64,000 nt of DNA from positions 125,344 to 189,343 of the forward strand of contig MNCI01002152.1 of the NCBI GenBank assembly GCA_015680685.1, in the 5' to 3' direction. The position numbers and the translations under genes were made by a program. Every line of letters starts with the position of its first letter. Position 1 is the stretch's first letter. Positions 50,311 through 61,761 of the stretch are shown piece by piece. The notes below the pieces were generated by a model. That model did not search any database. It was not told the origin of the DNA and saw only the letters and a program-made list of their open reading frames with translations. Source of the stretch: Gnetum montanum (Eukaryota; Plantae; Gnetophyta).

Positions 50311-53300
50311 CTTATTCAAAATGGCATATTAACAAGAGTGTTCATTCTATAAGCCATAAAATCTTGGTAAGGCTTATGATTTGGCACTCAAGATGGTGAA
50401 GAAACTAAATTGATTTGGAAGTAGAAGCAAATAAGCTTTAAAAGAGAAGGATAAGGGATCCAAATCAGAGAATGATCCAAGTCAAAAATTGAAGACAAAG
50501 ATGGCAACCATGACAAGAAGCAAGATAAGGGTAATGAGAAGGGTAATACCAAGAATAATTAAGGCAAAAGAGGCAAGATTCAATGTAGTAATGCATCTAG
50601 AATTTAGTATTTCAAATGTGAATAATGTGGATACAAATAATGGAAATGTTCACTTTACAAGGTAGCTAAGCACAAGGATGTGAAAATAATGAAAGCAAAG
50701 AAGGCATCAAGCCAAGATTTTCACAAAGGTAATCCCAATGCTCCTAAAATAGAGGAAGTTTTTCAATTAAGAAATGTGAATAGAGGAGATCATCTATAGA
50801 GAAAATGGTTGTTTTAGATTAGGGCTAGATGTTTGTTTAGTGGAAAATAGATTTATATTTTAATTGATGGGAAAGTCTAAGAAAATTATATTTATTCTAA
50901 GGAAATTGCAAGAATAGGTTTAGTAACAAATCCTCATCCTAGACCCTACAAGGTGCATTAGTTGTCAAAAGACTTCTCTTAAGAGGTGAGAAAGTAATGT
51001 GTCTTGAAGTTTAAATTTAGGAGTTATCATGATGTTGTAAAATATGATGTATTACCAATTGATTATGGTAATGTAATTCTTAGAAGGCCTTGAACTCTTA
51101 ATAATGATGCTCAATTTAATGAGATGCAAAATGTGTTTAGTGTAGCAAGATCAGATAGAATTCCTGTTATAGCTAAATAGCTAAGGTAGTTGAGTCACTT
51201 AATGCTTTCTTAATTTTTCTTAGGAAGAAGGAATATATTAAACAATATGATGAGGTTGATTTTGATTTTTTTATTATATCAACTATTGCTTCTAATCATG
51301 ATGTTGTGTAGGAAGAACTTTCAATACGTGTGCTAGGCGTAAAGAAGTGATTTTCCAATATGTTGAAACGGGAATTGGATGGATCACTACTAATAAGAAA
51401 TATTCAGCATTAAATTGATTTTATCTCTAGTACTACCATTCTAAGTGATAGGGCATACCAAATAGTACACAATTAATAGGTTGAATTGCAAGGGCAAGTG
51501 GAGGAGTTACCTATAAATGCCTTTATAAGGGAGTCATTTTTACCTTGTATAGTTTCAATAGTGCTTATGCCAAAGAAGTACATTAAAGAATGGAGAATGT
51601 GCATTAATTTTAGGGCTATGAATAGAATATTATTGAGGTACATGTTTCCTATTTCAAGGATGAATCATATCCTTGTTATCCTTATCAATGTGGAGGTATT
51701 TAGTAAAATTGATTTAAAGAATGTATATCATCAAATTTTAGTCAAGCTTGGTGATGAATGGAAGATAGCTTTCAAGACATTGGATGAATTATTTGAGTGG
51801 TTAGTGATGTTATTTGGGCTCACAAATGCCCTTGATACATTCATGAGGTTGATGCATGATGTCTACAAAAAATTGATTAGTAAGTCTTGTATTATCTTCT
51901 TTGTTAATATTTTGTTGTATAGCTCTAATGAGGAGGATCACTTGGATGGCTTGAGAAGAGTGTGTCTTAACTTGTAGGAAGTACATTTAGTGATCAACGT
52001 GAATAAGATTCATTTATTCAATAGGAAGATCACATATTTGAAACATGTGATTTCTAAAAGGTAAATTGAGATGGAAGCTACCAAGGTAAGGGCTATTAGA
52101 AATTGACCAACTCCTAAAAATTTTAGATATGTAAGATCATTTCTAGGTTTAGTTGATTTATTATAAGTTTCATAAAACATTTTAGTGATATTTCATGACC
52201 TATGTTCATTTTTTTAAAGAAGAATCAAGATTTTAGATGGGATGATGAAACCACAAGGAGCTTTGACTTGGTGAAGGAAAAAATCACTCATGAACTACTA
52301 GTTGTAATACTAGATTTCAAGAAGCTTTTTGGAGGTAAATGCAAGTAAACTTGTCATTGAAGGGATTCTTTCATAAGAAGATAGACTTTTTTCTTTCTTT
52401 TCAAAGAAGTTGAATGAATCAAGGCACAAATATTACATATATGAGAAACATTATATGCTATTCTTTAAGAAATCAAGCACTGGAATATTATATATTACCC
52501 AAGAAGTTGACTTTGATGATTGACCACAAAGTACTTCAATTTATTAATTCACTAAAGAAGTTAAGTACCAAACACATGAAGTGAGTGTCATAATTATAGG
52601 AGTTCAATTCTATGCTCAAAAACAATAGTGGAAAAGCTAATGTGGTGGATAATGCATTGTCTAAGATGCATATGGTGAATTTCAATATGCATCATGTGGA
52701 AGGTATAAGTGATTTTGCTAATTTGTATGAAGATGATTCAGATTTTGAGTAGGTTTGGAGAAGGATCAAGGAACCATTATTAAGTAGGATAGACAAATGG
52801 AGGAACTATCATATTCAATATAAACTACTATTGAAGAATGGAAAGTTATGTGTATCCAATTGTGATTTTAGAAAAAAGATTTTGGTTGAAAATCATTGTG
52901 GTGGAATGAAAAGTCACATGAGCAGAGATAAAATATTGGAGCTTGTGGGTAGGCATTATTTTTGACCTAGAAGGACTTTGAAGTCTCTAAACTTATGAAG
53001 GAGTATTTGACATGTTAGAAATTCAAAGAAGATCAAGAAATGAATGGAAATTATATGCCTTTGCTAATTCCCAAGGATTCATGGAATAGTGTGTCAATGG
53101 AATTTATGAGTGGATTTCCAAAAGTAGAAATGATGATATCTTTATTATGATAGATAGATTCTCCAAGATGGAACAATTTATCTTATGTAAAAAGATGAGT
53201 GAAGCATCTGATGTTGCAAATTTATTTTTCCAACATGTTGTGAATTAATATGAAATTCTTTTAAACATTGTTAGTGATAAAGAATCCAAGTTTACTAGTC

Positions 53301-55063
53301 ATTTTAAATGTCCCTTTGGAAAATATTAAGAAAAAATTTGAATTTTTATAGTGCATATCATCCACAATCTAATGGCCAAAGTGAAGAGATCAATAAATCT
53401 TTATTGAATATTTTGAGGTATTTGTGTGAAGAAAAATCTAATAGGTGGGAAAATTTGATGTGTCATGTTAAGTTTTCCTATAATAATTCTTTTCATGTTG
53501 CTATTGAAAAGAGTTAATATGAGGTTAATTATGGTTTTTGTCCAATGATGATGGGTAATGATAAGATCTTTGATGGAGAAACTTAATTGAATGTTGATTT
53601 TATACAAGAGACAAAGGATCTTCATACTTAAGTGAAGGAAAATCTTAAGAACAAGGATAAAGAAATATTCCTTAAGAGGAACACGGAGAAGAGGAAGCCA
53701 AAATTTAATATTAGTGATCTTGTTTAGGTGCACTAGAAGAAGGAGAATTTAAGAGGTATCAACTTCTCAAAATTGAAGACTAAGAAGATGGATCCTTTTA
53801 GGATAAATGCCAAAATCAATGATAATGCTTTCAAAATTGACTTCTCAAATGATGTATGTATTTTGTTTTAATTTTTATAGATCTTGTGCATTATTGTGGA
53901 CTAGTAGATGATAAAATATTCCAAGACATCATTGATAAGTTGAAGAGGGATATTAACAAGTCCAAGCCTTTACAGGAAAGTAAGGCAATTATACTCAAGA
54001 AAAGAAAATATTTCAACACTAATGGAGTGAAGACACATGAGTACTTAATCCATTTGAAGGATTAAACTACTAATGATGTTATATGGATCCATGAAATCAA
54101 ACTTGTTGAGTCAGGAATCACTTTTATCCCTACTTCCTTGTTCATATAAGTTCAATGTTTAAAGGATGGAAAAGCTAATATAGGGACACATCTTCTAAGC
54201 CTATTTTCATTCCTAGAGATAATCAATTGTAACTTTCAAATATCTGGAAAGATTTCTGGATCATTAGAGAGATGCCTTGCCTAAGAGCTAGAAAGACATA
54301 AGAGATGCTCCAAGTGACTAGGAGACATCTTGCTAAAAGAAGAGACATCTTATTTTAGCAAGATACATCTCTAGGAAGATGTGTTATCACTAGAGGAGAA
54401 ATCTCATGCCTATAGAAGACATCTTATGTAGATAGGATATATCTTGCCTCAATCAAAGGTTTGGGAGAAAGACATCTTACTAAGACAGAAGACATTTTGT
54501 ACAACCGTGAAAATTTCTAAGATGATAGTTCCAAAATGGAAAATAGCTAAGGAAGATAAGATCAAGAATGGAAATAGTCATGAATATTCAAGTTGATTAT
54601 GGAAAAGGTTTCCCTAGGTTTTATGACCTTGTAATTTATTAATATTGATAATGTTTTCTTGGTTTTTTGTTGGTGTATGTGTATTTGAGCGCATGTGGAT
54701 GCACAAGTATGTATATATCTCATTGGTAAATTGTGTATGACATGGTCCTTGTAACTCTCTATGTGTTTAGTCCTCTGTCCTATGTGTGTGTGAGGGATCT
54801 AGTTCGATTGTACCTTGCATTAAGGTCATTCATATGTGTGGTTGTAGAGTATCATACTTTATGATATCGTTAAGTGTGTAAGTGATTTGTCTTTTGTGGG
54901 ATTGTGGTTCTGTTGTATTTGTGATCTTCTTTTGAATTAATTAATGATAACTAGTTTTCTTATTTTCTAGTAATTGAATTATCTTAGATAATACCTAGAT
55001 TCTATGTGTTTGAAGGATTAAAGAAAATTGGAGTAACCTTGCCCCATCGACAAAATTATATCA
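50311..55063 (+). mobile_element. CRM-like chromovirus (Ty3/gypsy), 5'-truncated and degenerate: gag end, protease, RT, RNase H, integrase, chromodomain, 3' LTR
   Basis: Protease region HPRPYKVH*L...YHDVVKYDVLPID. RT VFSKIDLKNVYHQI...EWLVMLFGLTNA. Integrase SAYHPQSNGQSE. Chromodomain-like HEYLIHLKD*TTNDVIW. Confidence 0.85.
54176..55063 (+). repeat. Probable 3' LTR of the CRM-like element
   Basis: Follows a PPT-like aaaggatggaaaagc, starts taata (decayed TGATA) and ends tatca. No partner LTR is in the window. Confidence 0.55.
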
Positions 55064-58000
55064 ATACATTAATGCAAGCTAAGCCTTTCTAAAATTACCA
55101 TTTTAGTATTTAGTATACACTCATAACTAACAAAAAATTCATCCTCTAATTGTACAAAATGGATAATGCTAAATTACAAAAAACTATTAGATAACTTGGA
55201 TAGGAATGATTAACATTACAAAAACTTGAGTGCTACATTAAAAAATTTATTTGAGTGAAGGTATTACAAAATGATAAAAAGATTAGTTAGACATCAAAGT
55301 TTATAAATTTTTTTAGAAATATTCAAAATCCATTGATGATTAATCTTCATATTATCCCTAGTAGTGTTAGTTCTTCCGACCATAGTTACTCTATTGACGC
55401 TTTCTTTTTATGTAGAGCTTTTAAAGAATGGAGTGAAATTTTTCATTATCTACCTATGGGCTTTTTAATCTTCTACCTTTTCATACTTATGTCCTCTTAT
55501 TGGCCTCTCTCATTTTCCCTATGAAAGATCTCCTACCTATGGAACTCTTTTTAGTGTCATCTACAATTACAAAAGGAACAACATTAGTTTTGGTAATTTC
55601 TCCTTAGTGTTTAAAATTTTTTGGATTCTTGATTAGCTCAAAATTTTAAAAATTTAACTTTTAGAATTAAGGTAAATATAAAATGATGTTCCTAAGATTC
55701 CAGGCTAATTCAAATCATCATGTTTTTAATTCATTGTAATCATTTTTACTATTAGCTATGCTAATGTTTAAAAATGGGGTGTTAGAAAAATTTTCAAAAA
55801 TTTCATCCATAGCCTCAATAAAAAAGACCTTAACTCTAGGAGCTCACATGTTTTTGAATAAGTGAAATTAAAGGTTTGTTTTTCAAGATATCATAAATAC
55901 ACAATAATATTAAACATTATAAGGACTAAATATTTTAGATTTTAAATGACCAAGAAATAGGAAATTTGGAGATAATTTCAATATAAAAAGTGTTAGAAGT
56001 TAATTAAAATTGATGATATTTAGTTTCAAAGTTATAAAAAAATTTAGAAAAGTTATTCATGATGTCATTGAAGGTGTGATATTGGTTTAGAACCATGATC
56101 AACAAAATTCATACAAGTAAGTACTTCCTATAGCATGCTGCTACCCATAATACCTTTGCATAACAACTTTTATAGGTATCAGTAGATACCATAGAAATTA
56201 AATGCATATCATGCATTAGTTCCAAACAACATTGAATCAGCTTGGTTGAAATCTTGCACTATACTATACAAAATCATAGAATTCATAAGTGCACCATGCT
56301 AGTGACATAGAATAGAATAAGTAAGAATTGCACAATTGGGACATCAGGTATCTTGTCATGATCATAATGGATCATACATGTGATGTGTGATTAAAATGAA
56401 AATTTACCTATATTGTAACTGAAAACCTTGGTTGCTAGAAGAACTAAAGATCCTCAACATAGCAATTCCTCAACCCATGAATCCTCAAAGCCTCTACAAG
56501 AAAAAATGGGAATTGGGTTGCCCTAGCTAGTCTAGTAGGTCAACCATGCAAAGCATGGTGAAAAAAATGCAAAATTGATAGTAGATCTAAATAATTCATA
56601 GATAATATAAAAATTTATTTCATACACAAAAGCCAAAACTTAAAACTTTATTAAGAAAAAATAAAGAATAAGTTAGAAAAAATATGTACAAATGGTGCCT
56701 AAATGAGTAATAAAAGGGAGGGAGTGTTTCACTTGTGCAAGAGTTCAAAGCTTAGTGAAGAAGATGCAATCTACTCCATGATCTAAGTGCTAAGCCACTC
56801 TTGATGCTTTTGAACCTTTCTCAATTGCAACCTCAGATCTACAATGTTGGCTATGATGAGGGTTGAGAAGTGTGAAAAAATCTAAGCTATCCAAATGCTC
56901 TACACTACGAGTTGGGAATTCCAAAAGTGTAGTGCGGAGCTTCAAAATTCACAAATCTCAAAAGTGGTTATGAGGCCACAAGGTCATAGGGTTTCTACAC
57001 TAGGTTCAAGAGAAAACAAGTGTGGAAACTTGCAAGAACTCTTTAATGTTTGAAAATGCAACATGCAGAACTTCAAAATTGCTAAAATGTATAACGTGCT
57101 GAATTGTGTGAAGATTATGTAATAGCAAAAGAGTTAAACCTTGAAAATTTATGTAACCTCTAAATGGTGTTTAAGGCTAGTTTTTATAAGATTTTGGGCC
57201 ATGAATGGAGCTGCAAATTGGCTGCCAAATTTAGGTGAGATTGGTGCCCAAATTTTGGGGGTTACTATACATAGTAAGTGCTTCTCCCCATGGCCATTAT
57301 GTTTACTATAAATAGTAACTAGGGCACACCTTTAATGCTAAAGATGAATCTCCCACGTTGCACTATCCACCATGCTTACTAAAAGTGACTAGTCAATGTT
57401 GAAGTGCATGAAGTATTAAAATCTAACTATTGTGGCTTCCACGCTTGGTGATGCAATTTTTAATATTTTGGAGGAAGACTCCATGCTAGGGGAAAAATTC
57501 CATGTTGAGGAGGAAAGGTTTCTAGGTTATGCATGTGGTCTCCATGTTGAAGGAGGAAATTTCCAAGTAGTTTTTAAGATTTCCCCCTCTATAAGATTTT
57601 CATGTAGGGTTTGGAGTCAAAACTAATCAATTTGTAGGTTTTCCAAGTAGTTTTTGAGATTTCCCCCTCTTTTTCCACTTTGGGGATAGTATGCCTAGCA
57701 TGGAAAACTAGGGAGAAAATAGCTTTTCATTTTTGCATCATTTTTGATCATGCAAGTATGTCCTTGAGGTTGCTAGTGATGATTATTAATGCTTGGTGTC
57801 AGAATTTCATTGTTTTGAAGGTTGATGAGTGGTTTTTGGTGTTTCCCATTTTTTTCATGCTAAGGATTTCATGCTCAACATGGAAATTTGGGGGGTTAAG
57901 CTTTTTGACCATTTGTGATCATTTTCAATCATGTATGTAGGCTTTTAGGGTTGTTAGTATCGATTGCTGACATCTGATGTCAAAATTTGCTCGTTTCAAG

Positions 58001-60899
58001 GATCATTAGGTAATCCTTGGGCTTTTCCCATTTTTTAACATTGGGATTTTCATGTTGAATGTGGAAAATTAGTGGGAAGGGCTTTTTAGCCTTTCATGAT
58101 CAATCTAATAATGCATGAGTGTCCACATGGTTGTTGGCATTAGCAGTCAGTGTCTAAGGTAAGAATCTAGTTGTTTTAAAGGAACTGAGGGGGTTTTCAA
58201 GATTTTCCCCCTTCCATTGATACTAAGGATGGAAGGTGCAACATGGAAAAGGTCTCCCTTAGTCAAGATGCTTAGATCTAGGCCAAATCGACAACTAATT
58301 AACCATGCATGTCAACCTCTAGGGTTACCAGTGTCGATGGTCAATGCTGGGTGTCAGGACCAGATAGTTTAGAGGCTTCTAAGTGTCTCATATAGTCTCT
58401 CCATTTTCTTCCATGCTAGGAATGATAGCCCTAGCATGGATGAGAGGGGGATGGTAGTTTTGTATCATTTTAGGAGCTTTTGGAAGCTACAAAGGGTTTT
58501 GATAAGGTCTAGGGATCACTAGGCTTTGAGAAATGGCTACTAGGTAGTTAATTTAGGTTTATTTTTGGCTTCCACTCATCCATCCATGCTGAGGGTGAGA
58601 TGCCCAATTTGTATTAAGCCTCTCCTAGTGTGAAAACATCAAATCCTAAAGTTTCAACTAGTTTTGACCAATTTTGACTAAGATTGGTCAGATTCCATGG
58701 CTATCGGAGATGCTTAGATGGGTTCTAGGTCATGTGGACTCATCTTAGGGTCAAACTTGGGCTAGATGAATGCTTAGGGGATAATAATGAATGTTACCCC
58801 CTTCTTCCATGTTGGGCACTACTACCTTAGTGTGGAAACCCATGGTGTCTAGCTTCATTCATGTCTCACCCACTTTTGGAGACTTGAGGTTGAAAAAGGT
58901 AAGCTTTGGTTATTAAAAATAGTAAAGTATTTGTAATTCTAATGATTTTGTAAAATAGGAGGTAATTTTTCATGTTGATCATGGTATCCCCAACATGGAT
59001 GCATTGGGGTTAAGGTTTCCATAAAGTTTTAAATGTCAAAATTAGAAAATAGCTCAGCATTGATGTAATTTTTGGTCAAGAGAGAAGGTGCAGGGTGGGG
59101 TCTTTATCCAAGAGTTTGAAATTTTTAAAAGTGAAGTTATTTCCCCCAAAAATCAACATGAACTAGATGCTCTCCCCCTCCCCTCCACCCCCTACCACCC
59201 CCACCCCCCCTTTGCACTTCAATGCACTTAGAGTTATGGTACACTGAATTAGCAACTAGGGTTTTAAGGTATGTGTTTAGGTTTTAGATGAATTTTAGAT
59301 GTCAAATTTTGTAAGTTTTGATCTTAAATGTTATTCTAGAACAATAGTGCATTGTAGGGGAGCTCTAGAAGAGTTTTTGTGGTAGAAGTAATTTGACTTT
59401 AGCATGGAAGCCTTTCATCCTTCCAATACTCAGCATAGAATCTTCATCCTTCTCCTTTTCCAGCTACATTAAGTGTTAAGCCTACCATTGACCCAAAGCA
59501 ATGTGGAGGAAAGAGTAGGAACCCTATAATCTAGAAGGTGGATGAATGTGCCTAGGACCTAGAAGAAGTTCCTAGGTCCATCTCTATCTAGGATTCTTCT
59601 ATTGTTGCTCCAAGGTAGGTAGGTCTACCTATTTTTTCCTTTGTTTTCTATGATTTTTATAGTTTTTCTTACCACCTATGGGGCCATTTTTCTCAAATAT
59701 ACTCTAATAGAGAGGGTAAATCAAAATTTTGTCAAAATCCCACCTCTTATTTCAGCCATTTCCATAGGGATCTATGGTTGTTTCATTATTTCTACCTCAA
59801 TAGATTTGATTTTTAAAATAGCACTAGCTATTTTCATGCTTTCTTCTAGAATTTTCGGGTATGACCATTTTTGTCAGATCTAGGTCGAAGGATTTGTTAA
59901 AATTAAGTTTTAACAAAATCCTACCCCATTATTTTGGTGTTCTTTCTAATCTATATCAATTGTTTTGGCCATTTTGTCTACGTTTTCATGGCCATGTTAC
60001 GTTGAGTTTTAACTTTTTAGATTTTTTCATGGAAAATAAAGTAAAGTTGTATATTTTCTCTTACAAACATGGCTACATATTTTTGAAATCTAATGTATGG
60101 ATTTGTAACTATTCGTTTAAGATTTCCAATAGGCATTATCTCATTTAAAATGGATTCATAATGATGAAGTTATGATTGTTTTTCTAACATTTTTGTGCCA
60201 CTGTTGTAATTTCATGTAAATTTGCAATTTTTTCCTAACGAAATTACAAAGGTCTTGCTTATTTCTAGTTATTGGTAAGTATTTCTTGGCTTAAGATTTC
60301 CAACAAAGGTGGAATCACTCAGATTGAAGTTAAAACAAATTTTCTATGAATTTTTAATTAAGCATGTATAAGAAGGATGTTTGTGCCATTTTCAAATTAT
60401 TGTCCAAAATGACAAATTTTTCTTGCATAAATGAGAAAGGTTTTGAATTTTTTCTAAATATGGGTGGATAGGGCTTGATTTAAGCTTTTAAAAGTGGTGG
60501 AATCACTTCATTTAGAGCTTAAACAAATTTTTGATGAAGTTTTTACCAACCTTGCATGAAAAGGGGTAAGTGTTGATAGCTACAGTTCTAGCTAAATGTT
60601 TTTATGTTTTATCGATATATGACTATAATTTTTTAATTTTAATGGTCATGTCTATAAGGTTCATAATTTTAGGATTCTTTTGTGGTGGAATGACTAAAAT
60701 CAAAGTACAAAAGAATTTTTTATGAAATTGAAGTACAAATGAATTTTTGATGAAAAATTATGATCATAGCACACTACCCATTTAGAAATGGAAGTGGCTG
60801 ACATGTATAACTTATGTTCTTCTTTTGTCAACATGTAAAACTAATGCTTAATTTTTTTTAAAATAATAGTAATAGCTTTTTCTATTTTTTAGCAAGCTT

Positions 60900-61745
60900 T
60901 GACTATGGCTACATGGTTTTTTCTAAGTTTATGATGCTTCTTCTAAATTTGTGCATAACTTAGATGTTTTTTTCAATTTTATGCATGCTTTGCATAATTT
61001 AGATGTATTTTCTAAATTTATGCTTGCGCTTTCTAAATTTGTGCATAGTTTAGATGTTTTTTCAAAGTTTATGCATGATTTGCATAATTTAGATGTTTTT
61101 TCTAACTTATGCTTGGTTAGACCAAGGTTTAATTCTAGCTATAATTCTTCAGCTATGATATTTTGGCTATAGTAATAATGCTTTTATAGAATTTCTTAAG
61201 CTAATTTAGATAAACACCTTAGAGCTTTTTACATAGGCTAATTTCACCTCCAACTAAGATGTTTTTTCCAAATTTGCTAAGTAATTCCAATTGGCCATAA
61301 TGTTTTTCCTTTCAAAGGCTGTAATAATGCTTTTGTTTTTGTGGAATTTCTCAAGCTAATTTAGATAAACATGTTAGAGATTTTTATAGAGGTTAAGTTC
61401 ACCTCTGACTAGATGTTTTTCCAAGTTTGCTAAGTAACTCCATAGTGTAAGGCTACACAAGGTTGTAATAATTTTTTCTTGTGGAATTTCTTAGACTAAT
61501 TTAGAAAAACATCTTATAGCATTTTACAAAGGCTAATTTCACCTATGACTAGATGTTTTTTTTTTCAAAATCTACTAAGTAATTCCAATTGGTCACAATG
61601 TAAGGTTATGCAAGGTTATAATAATTTTTTCTTATGGAATCTATTAAGCTAACTTAAATAAATACCTTATAGCTTTTTACAGAGGTTGATTCCATGTCTA
61701 GCTATATGTTTTTTCTAAATTTGATAAGTAATTCCATAATGTTTT
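60900..61745. repeat. Diverged tandem repeats (~39-bp units at 60900-61110; ~120-150-bp units at 61170-61745)
   Basis: Recurrent ttagatgttttt.ctaaatttatgcatg and aatttagataaaca...ttagagcttttta...aatttcacct. Confidence 0.75.
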
Positions 61746-61761
61746 TTCTTTGCTTCATGCA

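Noticed and set aside
59170-59210. C-run tract with G-quadruplex potential (also G runs at 38341-38361)
   Set aside because: Low-complexity tracts inside TE-like DNA with no supporting context.
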